Assembly: GCA_964291405.2 (NCBI GenBank)
Contig: OZ219926.1
Coordinates: 800,001-864,000 of the forward strand
Direction of reading: 5' to 3'
Origin: Thermodesulfobacteriota bacterium
GTDB lineage: Bacteria > Desulfobacterota > Binatia > Bin18
Length of the DNA stretch: 64,000 bases
Within the stretch, counting starts at the first letter, position 1, and every line of letters begins with the position of its first letter. The notes under the pieces are model-generated. The model was not told where the DNA came from. It saw nothing but the letters and a program-made list of their open reading frames with translations, and searched no databases. Shown piece by piece: positions 49,881 to 59,904 of the stretch. The translations under genes were made by a program, and so were the position numbers.

Positions 49881-49964
49881 CTATACACCTCCCTCGGATC
49901 CCTCAGGCGGGATGCTAAGCAGGAGGCCGAGTAGGAGACCTAACGTGTTAGTCGTGTTGGTCAT
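49881..49964 (-). CDS. Leucine-rich leader peptide (27 aa) of the leuA attenuator
   Basis: MTNTTNTLGLLLGLLLSIPPEGSEGGV with RBS, 7 Leu in 9 codons including rare TTA/CTA, followed by hairpins and a terminator. Confidence 0.78.
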   Translation of the reverse strand: MTNTTNTLGLLLGLLLSIPPEGSEGGV

Positions 49965-49974
49965 ATACCTTCCC

Positions 49975-50856
49975 TTATACCGAACCCTTTTTCTCATTGT
50001 CAAGTGAACGGGGCTGCTGCTCGGAGGGTTCACGGACCTGTTTTGGTTGGACGAGGGCAACGTCGGGCCCGGCTTCCTCCGACCGTCTATTCTTCCACAG
50101 ACGTACGACCATACCGACCGGGCCGGACAACGCATACACGCAGGTAATGGCAAATAACATGATCTGCGGCTCGGCAATGGTCAACTGTAAGAGAATGATG
50201 CCTACAACCAGCAGGCCAAAGGGCTGACGGTCGCGTAGATTCAGATCTTTAAAGCTCGCATAGCGAATCGTACTGATCATCAGGCCGGCCAGCACATACA
50301 CCAACAGGAGGAGGGTAATATGCTTGCTTGTCGTCCCTTCCCCACCTAGATAGTCATACACCCAAATCGTCGTTGCGATGACGGCCGCCGCAGCCGGAAT
50401 CGGTAGACCAACAAAACTCTCCTTATCCACCACTCCACTTTGGACATTAAAGCGAGCCAGACGGAGGGCACCACACACCACGTATAATGCCGCCGCCAAC
50501 CACCCCCACGCGCCCCACGGCTCCAACGCCCAGCGATAGGCCAACAAACCGGGGGCCACACCAAAAGCTACGAGGTCGGACAGAGAATCGTATTCCGCGC
50601 CAAAACGGCTGGAGGTTTTCGTCATACGGGCGATACGGCCATCGAGGGAATCGAAGATCAGCGCAATCAGGATCGCGGTAGCCGCGACCCTGAACTCTCC
50701 CTGCAGGGTGGTCACGCTGGCGTAAAACCCGCAGAACAGCCCGCCCGTCGTAAAAAGATTGGGCAGCAGATAGACGCCCTTGCGCAGAGGGGGGCGTATT
50801 TTTTTGCGGGTCGGCAGCCGCCGGACTTTCTCGCGGGTCTGCATAGCCACGGGCAC
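49975..50856 (-). CDS. pssA: CDP-diacylglycerol--serine O-phosphatidyltransferase
   Basis: LPNLFT, DSLDGRIAR..S.FGAEYDSLSD, LRLARFN, FVGLPIP. Confidence 0.93.
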   Translation of the reverse strand: MPVAMQTREKVRRLPTRKKIRPPLRKGVYLLPNLFTTGGLFCGFYASVTTLQGEFRVAATAILIALIFDSLDGRIARMTKTSSRFGAEYDSLSDLVAFGVAPGLLAYRWALEPWGAWGWLAAALYVVCGALRLARFNVQSGVVDKESFVGLPIPAAAAVIATTIWVYDYLGGEGTTSKHITLLLLVYVLAGLMISTIRYASFKDLNLRDRQPFGLLVVGIILLQLTIAEPQIMLFAITCVYALSGPVGMVVRLWKNRRSEEAGPDVALVQPKQVREPSEQQPRSLDNEKKGSV

Positions 50857-50864
50857 ACTCCCTG

Positions 50865-51512
50865 TTACGTTTTCGTGCTAGTGCGGTATTCGCCGATCAC
50901 TGTCTCTCCAGCCTTTACTCGTTGTCCGACGGCTATTTTCAACTCTACCTCTGTCGGACAATACACGTCCACCCGGGAGCCCAACATGATCATGCCGTAC
51001 CGGTCACCTTGTTGGACTTGTTCTCCGTCCGTCAGACGGCAGACAATGCGCCGGGCCAGCATACCAGCAATCTGGACCAGGACAACCCAGCGACCGTGGG
51101 TATCCTGAATACTGACCGCATTCTGCTCGTTGACCTCGGCGGCATCGGCGGCAAACGCAGCTCGAAATTTTCCCGGCTGATAGCGAATCCGGGTGACCTT
51201 TCCGGTCACCGGTACACGATTAACATGCACGTTGAGCGGAGACAGGAAGATGCCGACCCGAGAAGCAGGTTGCTCCGAGGCGTATTTGCCGCGTGCCAGC
51301 GGCTCAACCGTGATAACGCGTCCATCGGCAGGAGAGACAATCGCATCGGTTTCGCCAGGAATCTCACGATCAGGATCACGAAAGAAAAAGGCAATAAAGA
51401 GGGTTAGCCCAAGGAGAATCCAGCCAGAGAAGTGAAAGTCGAGCAGACCGAGCACGAGAGAGAGTGAGCCAGACCCGAAAATCCAGGGATATCCCTCACG
51501 CGCAAAATGCAT
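50865..51512 (-). CDS. psd: Phosphatidylserine decarboxylase
   Basis: FFRDPDR, SPADG, FLSPLNVHVNR, QIAG..ARRI, LGSRVD. Confidence 0.93.
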   Translation of the reverse strand: MHFAREGYPWIFGSGSLSLVLGLLDFHFSGWILLGLTLFIAFFFRDPDREIPGETDAIVSPADGRVITVEPLARGKYASEQPASRVGIFLSPLNVHVNRVPVTGKVTRIRYQPGKFRAAFAADAAEVNEQNAVSIQDTHGRWVVLVQIAGMLARRIVCRLTDGEQVQQGDRYGMIMLGSRVDVYCPTEVELKIAVGQRVKAGETVIGEYRTSTKT

Positions 51513-51584
51513 AATCACAACACGGGAAGCGAAAAGAGGAGGCCACGCTCCCCTCCCCGCGTGTCTGCCCCGTCATGGCCCGAG

Positions 51585-52607
51585 TTAATTTTTCGCCTTA
51601 TCGACCAGCCTATCCTGCTGGAGCCAAGGCATCATACCGCGCAGATTGTCGCCGACAACTTCAGCCCTATGACTCGCGCCCTCTTTGCGCAGGGCGTTAA
51701 AGCGCGGCAAGCCAGACCGATATTCATTCATCCATTCGTCGGCGAATTTTCCAGACTGAATATCAGCCAGGATATGCTTCATCGCTGCACGGGTTTCGTC
51801 TCCAATGACTCGTTTACCACGGGTCATATCTCCAAACTCGGCCGTATTGCTGATGGAATAGCGCATATTCGTGATCCCACCTTCGTAGATGAGGTCCACG
51901 ATCAGCTTCATTTCGTGCAGGCACTCAAAATACGCCATCTCCGGCGCATAGCCGGCATCAACCAGGGTCTCAAAGCCGGCCCGCATGAGTTCGGTTACCC
52001 CACCGCACAGGACGGTCTGTTCCCCAAACAGATCGGTCTCGGTCTCTTCTTTGAACGAGGTCTCTAAAATCGCAGCGCGTCCCCCACCGATGGCCGACGC
52101 GTAGGCCATGGCCACCGGCTTGGTATCCCCGGACGGGTCTTGCGCCATCGCGATCAGGCAGGGCACACCACGGCCTTTCTCAAATTCACTCCGGACGAGA
52201 TGGCCGGGACCTTTGGGAGCGACCATGAAAACGTTCACCTCTTCGGGCGGAACGATTTTCTTGAAGTGGATATTAAATCCGTGCGCACAAGCGAGGTATT
52301 TCCCGGCTTTGAGACCGGCTTTGATGTCAGATTCATACATCTCGCTGGCGACCTCGTCGGGTGTCAGGATCATGATGATATCGGCGTCAGCCGAGGCTGC
52401 TCCAACCTCCTGGACCACAAAGCCGGCCTCCTCGGCCTTTTTCCAGGAGCCGCTGTCTTTCCGCAGCCCAATCCGGACGTCCATCCCGGAGTCACGCAGG
52501 TTGAGGGCATGGGCGTGGCCCTGGCTGCCGTATCCGACAATGACGATTTTCTTTCCCGTGAGCAGGGATAAGTCGGCATCGTTGTCATAATAAATATTCA
52601 TGCTCAT
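51585..52607 (-). CDS. ilvC: Ketol-acid reductoisomerase
   Basis: [27 protein letters not shown]. Confidence 0.97.
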   Translation of the reverse strand: MSMNIYYDNDADLSLLTGKKIVIVGYGSQGHAHALNLRDSGMDVRIGLRKDSGSWKKAEEAGFVVQEVGAASADADIIMILTPDEVASEMYESDIKAGLKAGKYLACAHGFNIHFKKIVPPEEVNVFMVAPKGPGHLVRSEFEKGRGVPCLIAMAQDPSGDTKPVAMAYASAIGGGRAAILETSFKEETETDLFGEQTVLCGGVTELMRAGFETLVDAGYAPEMAYFECLHEMKLIVDLIYEGGITNMRYSISNTAEFGDMTRGKRVIGDETRAAMKHILADIQSGKFADEWMNEYRSGLPRFNALRKEGASHRAEVVGDNLRGMMPWLQQDRLVDKAKN

Positions 52608-52680
52608 GCTATTTACTCCTTTTGTCTTTTCCTCCTGAGCCCTTTCGTCTGCACTCGTGACGAAGGGCCTCTGGATTCTC

Positions 52681-53223
52681 CTAGCGCAGCCGACGTACCT
52701 TCCGCTGCTGCTCTAGTGTGTTGTCCGCAGTCGTTGCTGAGAGTGTCTGAAGCCCGCGCTGAACAGCGACTTTTCCGGTTCGCACGATCTCCTTTATGCC
52801 CAGCGGCTTGAGCAAATCCAAGATGGCAGTAATCTTCCCCTCATCGCCGGTCACTTCAATCACAAAGGAGCGTGGCCCAGCGTCAATCACTTTGGCTCGG
52901 AAGATATTGATGATATTCAGGATTTCGCCGCGTGTGCGTTCGTCTGCCGCAACCTTGATGAGCGCCATCTCACGTTCCACGTGAGGTGTGTCTTGGAAGT
53001 CACTGACCTTGATGACGCAGATCAGTTTATTGAGCTGTTTCGTGATCTGCTCGACAATCTGATCGTCGCCTTCCGTGACGAGCGTGATACGGGATAATGA
53101 TGGGTCCAGGGTCTTTGCCACGCTCAGGCTATCAATATTGAAGCCACGGCCACTAAAAAGTCCGGCGACCCGAGCGAGAACGCCGAATTCATTCTCAACT
53201 AAGATGGAGATTGTATGACGCAT
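52681..53223 (-). CDS. ilvN: Acetolactate synthase small subunit
   Basis: [35 protein letters not shown]. Confidence 0.95.
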   Translation of the reverse strand: MRHTISILVENEFGVLARVAGLFSGRGFNIDSLSVAKTLDPSLSRITLVTEGDDQIVEQITKQLNKLICVIKVSDFQDTPHVEREMALIKVAADERTRGEILNIINIFRAKVIDAGPRSFVIEVTGDEGKITAILDLLKPLGIKEIVRTGKVAVQRGLQTLSATTADNTLEQQRKVRRLR

Positions 53224-53343
53224 AAATCCTGTTGCTCAATGAGCTTCTGAGAAGGAAACGTTTAACCGGGCGACGCCCCAGCCATACGAACGGGGTTGAG
53301 GTACTCCCAGGCGAGTCGAAACCGTGGACGCAGCGATCCTCGG

Positions 53344-53574
53344 TTATGCTGCTTGTCGTTTGTGGCGGGCGAGGATTTCCATGATGCGATCTTTACCCGC
53401 TAGTTTTTGTTTTTGAATCGTTTTTTCTTCGACCTCTTCTTCTTCAGTCAGGAAGGGTTTTGCCCTGAGTTCTTGAAGGCGCTGTTTGAGTTGAGCGTGT
53501 TCCTCATAGTGGCGGCGCAGTTCGGGGTCAGTATCGAGCAGGGAACGGATCAACTCTTCTTCTTTGACATCCAT
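53344..53574 (-). CDS. DUF465/YdcH-like small protein
   Basis: EEH..L, LTEEEEVE...KQKLAGKD. Confidence 0.75.
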   Translation of the reverse strand: MDVKEEELIRSLLDTDPELRRHYEEHAQLKQRLQELRAKPFLTEEEEVEEKTIQKQKLAGKDRIMEILARHKRQAA

Positions 53575-53693
53575 AAGTAACCCTCCTGAAAATGAAAGGA
53601 AAGAGAACTCTAGTATAGCCCGAGTGAGGTTGTCAATGTCTCATCTCGTGCCCGGCGGACAGGCGGAGGCTCTCCGCCGGGGCTTGCATATGT

Positions 53694-55781
53694 TTAATGA
53701 CTGGCTTCCTCTTTCGCCTGCTTACTCTCTTGAATGATTTTTTCCGTTAAATGATGCGGCACTTCCTCGTAGTGCGAAAAACCAACCTCAAAGGTACCGC
53801 GTCCACTGGTCATAGACCGGAGATCAGGCGCATAGGTTAATATCTCAGCCATGGGAACGGAGGCCTTAATGATCTGATTGTTGCCCTTGGCGTCGACACT
53901 CACGAGTCTGCCACGTCGCCGGTTAATATCACCACTGATATCACCCATATATTCCTCTGGCACAGTGATATCGAGGTGCATAATGGGCTCCAGCAACACC
54001 GGCTTCGCCTTTTCCAGCGCGTGTTGGATACCAATAGAGCCGGCAATCTGAAACGCCATGTCCGAGGAGTCCACCTCGTGGTAGGAGCCGTCATACAGCA
54101 CCACCTGGACATCCACGATGGGATAGCCGGCTAGAAACCCTTTGCCCAGGGCGTCGACTACACCTTTTTGCACTGACGGAATATATTGACGCGGAATCGC
54201 GCCGCCTCTTATTTCGTTGACGAATTCAAAACCCGCACCACGGGTGAGAGGTCCGACTCGCAGCCAGGTATCGCCAAACTGGCCTCGCCCACCCGATTGT
54301 TTCTTCAAGCGGCCCTGGGCCTCCGTTCTGCCGGTAATGGTTTCACGATACGGCACCTTGGGCGCTTTCAGCTCCACGTCAACGCCGTATTTCCGCTTCA
54401 GTTTTTCGACCACCACTTCAATATGAAGTTGGCCGGCACCGGAAATGAGGATCTCGTTGGACTGTTGGTCCCGGTCCACCTTGAGGGCCGGATCCTCCTC
54501 GTTGAGGCGGTCCAGAGAGGTCATAATCTTTTCTTCGTCGCCGCGAGACTTGAGCCCCAGGGCGAACGAGATGGCCGGATTGAATTCGACCAGCGGAGGC
54601 AAGAGAGTGGGATTTTTGTCGTCGCACAGCGTATCGCCGGTATGCGTCTCTTTGAGCTTGGCCACACCGATGATATCGCCCGGCAATGCCGTGGCCACGG
54701 GTTCCTGCTTTTTGCCCTTCAGATGGAACAACTGGCCGAGACGTTCTTTGGCATCACGGGTCGCATTATACACGACCGAGTCACTCTCCACCTTTCCAGA
54801 AATCACATGGAAGAGCGCCAGTTTGCCCGCTTGTGAGTCAACCGTCTTAAACACCCGGGCGGTAAACGGCGCGCTCGGGTCAGGACTGCGCTCAACTTCC
54901 TCATGGGTTTTCGGGTCGGTAGCGGCCATACCCGGACGGGAGGCCGGAGAGGGAAGCAGGTCAACCATGGCGTTCAACACCGGCTGGATGCCCAGAGTCT
55001 GGCTCCCGGAGAGACACAGTACGGGAAAAATCTGGGAGGCCGCCACACCTGCACTCAATCCCTGGGTAATGTCTTCCGCGCTCAACTCCTCGCCCTCAAG
55101 ATAGCGTGTCAGGAGATCGTCGTCTGTTTCGGCAACTGCCTCAATCAATTTTTCACGATAGTCATCCGCTTGACCTTGGAGGTCATCGGGAATGGCCTCG
55201 GCCGTGACTTCGCCCTTATCGCCTTGAAACATCAGGGCTTTCATAGACAACAGATCCACTACCCCCCGAAAGCCAGCCTGAGAGCCAACCGGAATGTGAA
55301 TCGGGGTCAGGGTGGTCTCAAGCGTACTATTCAGGGCATCGATAGCCGCGCCGAATTCCCCCTCCTCGCGGTCCATCCGGGATAGACAGACGATGCGAGG
55401 AAGCTGCAGGTCCTTGGCCCAATTCCACAGCCGTTCAGTCTCGACCTTGAGTTGGCCGGCTGGGCCGGCGATGAAGAGGGCTCCGCTCATCGCCTCCATG
55501 GCATAGCGTGTGTCCGGTAAAAAGTTCGCATATCCAGGCGGGTCAACCAAACAGATGTCGTGCTTCTTCCAGTGCAGCGTATGGAAGGCCGTGGAGAGGG
55601 TGGTTTTTCGGCGCATTTCCTCGGGCTCAAAGTCGAACACCGAGCTTTCATCCTCCACCCGTCCCTGACGGGTAGTCTCGCCAGCGGCGTACAAGAGCGC
55701 TTCCCCCAGGGTCGTCTTCCCGGCCCCACCTTCAGCGAGTAGTCCAATGGTTCGGATGCGATGGATATCATCAGCAGCCAT
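53694..55781 (-). CDS. Elongation factor G paralog (EF-G2-like)
   Basis: GKTT, GQLHIE, VPYRETI, KKQSGGRGQFG, DGSYHEVDSS, LLEPI; outside the str operon. Confidence 0.88.
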   Translation of the reverse strand: MAADDIHRIRTIGLLAEGGAGKTTLGEALLYAAGETTRQGRVEDESSVFDFEPEEMRRKTTLSTAFHTLHWKKHDICLVDPPGYANFLPDTRYAMEAMSGALFIAGPAGQLKVETERLWNWAKDLQLPRIVCLSRMDREEGEFGAAIDALNSTLETTLTPIHIPVGSQAGFRGVVDLLSMKALMFQGDKGEVTAEAIPDDLQGQADDYREKLIEAVAETDDDLLTRYLEGEELSAEDITQGLSAGVAASQIFPVLCLSGSQTLGIQPVLNAMVDLLPSPASRPGMAATDPKTHEEVERSPDPSAPFTARVFKTVDSQAGKLALFHVISGKVESDSVVYNATRDAKERLGQLFHLKGKKQEPVATALPGDIIGVAKLKETHTGDTLCDDKNPTLLPPLVEFNPAISFALGLKSRGDEEKIMTSLDRLNEEDPALKVDRDQQSNEILISGAGQLHIEVVVEKLKRKYGVDVELKAPKVPYRETITGRTEAQGRLKKQSGGRGQFGDTWLRVGPLTRGAGFEFVNEIRGGAIPRQYIPSVQKGVVDALGKGFLAGYPIVDVQVVLYDGSYHEVDSSDMAFQIAGSIGIQHALEKAKPVLLEPIMHLDITVPEEYMGDISGDINRRRGRLVSVDAKGNNQIIKASVPMAEILTYAPDLRSMTSGRGTFEVGFSHYEEVPHHLTEKIIQESKQAKEEASH

Positions 55782-55861
55782 ATTTCCCTCCTTCATGGAA
55801 GCGTGGCACGATCTGCGTTACTGCGTTGCGTCACAGTCGTCTTCATATCGCATCTACGCTC

Positions 55862-56626
55862 TTAATGATTTCGTTCATACAGAATACGCAGGCCCTCCAG
55901 GGTCACGAACTCATCGACCTCCTCAATGGTTCGTGATTCTGCCGCGATCAGCTGGGCAAATCCACCCGTGGCGATCACGTGGGCCTGCGCGCCATTTTCA
56001 TGCTGAATACGCTCTACCATCCCGTCAACCAGAGCCGTGTAGCCATAATAGATACCAGATTGGATGGCGTTAACCGTATTGCGGCCAACAATCTTGGGCG
56101 GCTTAACCATTTCCACCCGGTAGAGTTTGGCCGTTTTGTGAAAAAGCGCATCCAGGGAAATCCCCACCCCTGGGACAATAGCCCCCCCCAGGTATTCTCC
56201 GGCTTGCGTCACATAGTCAAAGGTTGTGGCGGTCCCAAAATCGACAATAATCGTGGCGGTCCGGTAGCGTTCATAGGCTGCCACCGCATTCACGATCCGG
56301 TCGGCCCCAACCTCTCGAGGGTTGTCATACAGGATCGGCATCCCGGTCTTGATGCCTGGGCCGACAATGAGAGGAGTCAGCTGAAAATACGTCTGGGCGA
56401 GGTCTTCGAGCGTTTTCACCATTGCCGGCACAACGCTCGACGCAATAATACCGGTCACACAAGAGAGGCTGAGTCCGCGAGCGGTAAACAGGCTTTGCAA
56501 CAATACCCCATACTCGTCTGCCGTTCGCTCCGCCTCGGTCACAAAGCGCCAGTGATAGGCGAGGTCTTGCGTGTCGTAGAGACCAGCGACCGTATGCGTA
56601 TTCCCCACATCAACGGCGAGTATCAT
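55862..56626 (-). CDS. coaX: Type III pantothenate kinase
   Basis: [27 protein letters not shown]. Confidence 0.95.
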   Translation of the reverse strand: MILAVDVGNTHTVAGLYDTQDLAYHWRFVTEAERTADEYGVLLQSLFTARGLSLSCVTGIIASSVVPAMVKTLEDLAQTYFQLTPLIVGPGIKTGMPILYDNPREVGADRIVNAVAAYERYRTATIIVDFGTATTFDYVTQAGEYLGGAIVPGVGISLDALFHKTAKLYRVEMVKPPKIVGRNTVNAIQSGIYYGYTALVDGMVERIQHENGAQAHVIATGGFAQLIAAESRTIEEVDEFVTLEGLRILYERNH

Positions 56627-56641
56627 GGGCGTCCACTTCGA

Positions 56642-57508
56642 TCAGTTCACTGTGTCCGTCTTTCGATAGCCATCAACCACGGTCACATCACCGGCCAGAA
56701 TACGCTGGACGCGAGGGGACGGCCTCTCCTGCCCTTCCGGAGCCACGGATTCAACCAAGAGTGCACCGTCCCGATCAATACCACGCACCGTCCCTGAGAT
56801 TATCCCTTCAGGCGCTGTCACCGTGATCGACTTTCCCAGCAACTCAGACGCATAGCCTTCCCAGGCTGCACCTACTACCGGGAATCCTTTTTCTAGCCAC
56901 AGAACGTATAATTTCTCAAGATGGGTCAGCAAACTGACAGTAAACGCCACCCGGTCAACCGGCTCCCCACGCATCAGGGAGAGCGAAGAGGCCTTATCCT
57001 GTAACTCTTCAGGAAATGACGAGAGCGGGGCATTAATATTGATTCCGATACCGACAATGACGGACCTGAGCTGCGAGCCGTTTGCCTGCATCTCAGTCAG
57101 GATACCGCACACTTTTTTCCCCGAGACCAGGACATCGTTAGGCCATTTTATGGAGGGCACCAACTGCGTCTGTTGGACGATGGCTTCGGCCACTGCCACG
57201 GAGGCCAGCAGACTTAATTGTGGTGCGGCTGAGGTAGGTTTCCGGGGGCGGAGAATGACCGACAGATAGAGGTTTACTCCGGGCGGCGAAACCCAACTCC
57301 GCCCCAAGCGGCCCTTACCGCCAGTCTGCGCATCAGCAATCACAACCGTTCCCTCGGCTGCATCCTCTCGGGCTAGTCTGGCAGCCGACGTATTGGTGGA
57401 ATCGATAGTATCAAAAAAATGCAGCGGGCGACCGAGCAGCCGCGGCACCGGTTGGGACAACTGAGACATAAGGGCTATCTCAAAGCTGTGGTCAGGCAGG
57501 TCGTCCAT
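56642..57508 (-). CDS. birA: Biotin--protein ligase
   Basis: DSTN, QTGGKGRLGRSW, KWPND, KVCGILTE. Confidence 0.92.
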   Translation of the reverse strand: MDDLPDHSFEIALMSQLSQPVPRLLGRPLHFFDTIDSTNTSAARLAREDAAEGTVVIADAQTGGKGRLGRSWVSPPGVNLYLSVILRPRKPTSAAPQLSLLASVAVAEAIVQQTQLVPSIKWPNDVLVSGKKVCGILTEMQANGSQLRSVIVGIGININAPLSSFPEELQDKASSLSLMRGEPVDRVAFTVSLLTHLEKLYVLWLEKGFPVVGAAWEGYASELLGKSITVTAPEGIISGTVRGIDRDGALLVESVAPEGQERPSPRVQRILAGDVTVVDGYRKTDTVN

Positions 57509-57524
57509 GAGAGCGTTCCAGACC

Positions 57525-58380
57525 CTACGACCCCGATTCACAGGTCACAGCCATGCTTAGGTCTGCGGCTGGAGTTGAATGGGTCAGGGCACCGACCGAG
57601 ATAAAATCCACCCCTGTTTCCGCCACTTCCCGCACGCGCGCCAGCAATATGTTGCCCGAGGCTTCAACCAGGGCCCGTCCGCGTATCAGGTGCACGGCCT
57701 CGGTCATCTGGGCGGTGGTCATATTATCCAGCAGGATGATGTCGGCCTGGGCGTCGAGCGCTTCCTCGACCTCAGCCAGAGTTGTGCATTCCACTTCGAT
57801 ACGCAGCCAGGTTGACGCCTGACTCCGCGCCTGGCGGACCGCAGCACCCACCCCACCACAGACGGCAATGTGGTTATCTTTAATCAACACTCCGTCGTCC
57901 AGCCCGAGCCGATGATTTCTTCCCCCACCCTGGACAACCGCATATTTATCCAGCAGGCGCAGGCCGGGTAGGGTTTTTCGAGTATCAATAATGGTGCAGT
58001 GGGTCCCGGCCACAGCCTCAACAAATTTTCGAGTCAGGGTCGCCACCCCGGAGAGGTGTTGCAGAAAATTGAGCAAAGTCCGCTCCGCAGTAAGCAGCCC
58101 GGCGGCCTGTCCTCGCACCCTCGGCAACAACCGTTCCGACCGGAACCTGTCTCCCCTCTTGCACGAGTAACCGCACCTCAGCCGTTTTATCCGTCTGCGC
58201 CAGAACCATTGCAATGAGTGGTAGTCCTGCCAGCACAACATCGGCCTTGGCCGTAATTTTTCCATGCGCCGCCTGGTTGATGGGAATCGTCGCTCGTGTG
58301 GTCGCATCGCCCCGACCCACGTCCTCTTCCAGCGCGAGGCGAATCAGCCGGTCCACAGCCGGATGGTCAAACGGATACAT
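57525..58380 (-). CDS. nadC: Nicotinate-nucleotide pyrophosphorylase (frameshift about 58119)
   Basis: ALEEDVGRGDATT in one frame; ER..LN, DTRKT.PG, HRLGLDD..LIKDNH, LLDN, EASG in the other. Confidence 0.93.
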
Positions 58381-58490
58381 GGACTAGGAATGTATATAGC
58401 CGGAGAGGCTGAAACAAGGTGAGAGTGTGCCGAGCCCTCGTGCCGGGTGGGCAACAGACGTCAGGGAATCTTTATAGTAATGCTCGTCGC

Positions 58491-59078
58491 CTAAACCTCT
58501 GCAGACTCCTCGTACTCCGCGATAATCGTATCGTTCATATGGGAAAGATGCCGCGTCTCTCCCAAAGAATTAATCGAGTCATATGAGAGGAACGAGCACT
58601 GTTCGTATTCGGTGAGTGGATAACTCCTCGGTGTATCTTTCTGCTCCTTTAGCAACCCCACTAAATAACTCCCATCCTCGTCTTCAAATTTATTAAGAGA
58701 GCCGCGGAAGAATCCGGTCCAGGAACTATGTCCCCTTTCGTACTGATTCGTGATGGATAACATCTTCCAGACCTTGTCCTCATAGATAGGTATCGCCAAA
58801 TCGGGCTCCAGAACGACAATTGGCTCAACCCTAAAGCGAATCGTGAAAGGATCTGGGTCATCAAAAATTGGGCTATCATCGTGGTAGGTCTCAGATTGAA
58901 CCTGAAGCGCTCCACACCACCGTGACAAGCGAGTCAAGTAACAGAGGAAGATGTCCCCGGGGCTAACTCGCTCACCCGCCAAGCGTCTATGTCGTTCCCG
59001 GAAGCCAGTGACATCTGCGCCATTCTCTCGGAAGGCGAACCACGTCTCAGGTGTAAACAGATCTAAGAAATATGCCAC
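58491..59078 (-). CDS. EVE-domain protein, apparently internally deleted
   Basis: YFLDLFTPETW, GD.FLCY, P...RF.VEP; lower GC. Confidence 0.6.
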   Translation of the reverse strand: MAYFLDLFTPETWFAFRENGADVTGFRERHRRLAGERVSPGDIFLCYLTRLSRWCGALQVQSETYHDDSPIFDDPDPFTIRFRVEPIVVLEPDLAIPIYEDKVWKMLSITNQYERGHSSWTGFFRGSLNKFEDEDGSYLVGLLKEQKDTPRSYPLTEYEQCSFLSYDSINSLGETRHLSHMNDTIIAEYEESAEV

Positions 59079-59188
59079 ATGACCTCCTTCGTAACGAACG
59101 AGTGAGACGGCAAGGTTGGAAGAGAAATTTTCAGGTGTCCTCTGACGCGCTCTCGGTTGAGGTGTGTCAGCATCCAGACCGCCTAGCT

Positions 59189-59584
59189 TCAGAGTTGTCT
59201 GATATTCGGCAGGGTGGCCATCCTGCGGTCCAGCGTCAGCACTCGCAGGTCAGCGCGGGAGTAATCGTCAGCAATGAGGCGATCGAACAGACCGGGGCCA
59301 CCAGACGCTTCCAGGGCCTCAATAACGGCTCGCCCGTTGAGAGGGGCGACCAAGCCGCTGGTCAGTGCTCTTGACAACTCCGAACGGGCCTCGGTCTCAG
59401 ATACGTCGTAGTGGTGCTGGACCGCAACGTAGGCTTCTCCGATAACTTGATTCGATGCGAATATCTCTGCGCCGCTGACAACGAGTGCATTCAACCGTTC
59501 CACACAGTGCTCAAATGCGTCGGGAGGCTCACCGGTGATCAGCCTTACGAGCACCGAGGTGTCAATCCCGTAGCGCAGGTCCAT
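59189..59584 (-). CDS. PIN domain toxin (VapC-like)
   Basis: IDTSVLVR, E, DRLIA, LTLD. Confidence 0.85.
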   Translation of the reverse strand: MDLRYGIDTSVLVRLITGEPPDAFEHCVERLNALVVSGAEIFASNQVIGEAYVAVQHHYDVSETEARSELSRALTSGLVAPLNGRAVIEALEASGGPGLFDRLIADDYSRADLRVLTLDRRMATLPNIRQL

Positions 59585-59813
59585 GTCCTTGTTCCCGTTG
59601 GTCTCGGAACTTGCGGATGTCGAACGGTGGATGTCCGGGTGGAATCTTGTCGCGAAGCCCCCCGAGCCGAGACAAATCTATCCGCCGCGGCCGCAGAATG
59701 AAGCCGTCAGGGCCTTCTTCCAGTTCGAGTTGGTCGCCTGGGCCCACGCCGAGCGCGTCCAGCACCCTCGCCGGGAAAGTCACCTGGCGCTTTGATGTGA
59801 TCTTTACAACCAT
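59562..59813 (-). CDS. AbrB/MazE-family antitoxin
   Basis: KITSKRQVTFP..V..ALGVGPGD; overlaps the PIN gene. Confidence 0.88.
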   Translation of the reverse strand: MVVKITSKRQVTFPARVLDALGVGPGDQLELEEGPDGFILRPRRIDLSRLGGLRDKIPPGHPPFDIRKFRDQREQGHGPALRD

Positions 59814-59858
59814 ATCATCTCTCCTTACAAAAAATATACATAAGTAAGGAGAAATGAT
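59814..59858. promoter_or_regulatory. Inverted repeat, probable TA operator
   Basis: ATCATCTCTCCTTAC-N15-GTAAGGAGAAATGAT directly upstream of the antitoxin. Confidence 0.65.
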
Positions 59859-59904
59859 CAAGCGATGTATCTATCGCAGCCTGACGTAAGGGAGCATCAA
59901 GCGT

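Noticed and set aside
59079-59188. Integron attC site between the PIN and EVE genes
   Set aside because: No RYYYAAC...GTTRRRY pairing and no integrase nearby
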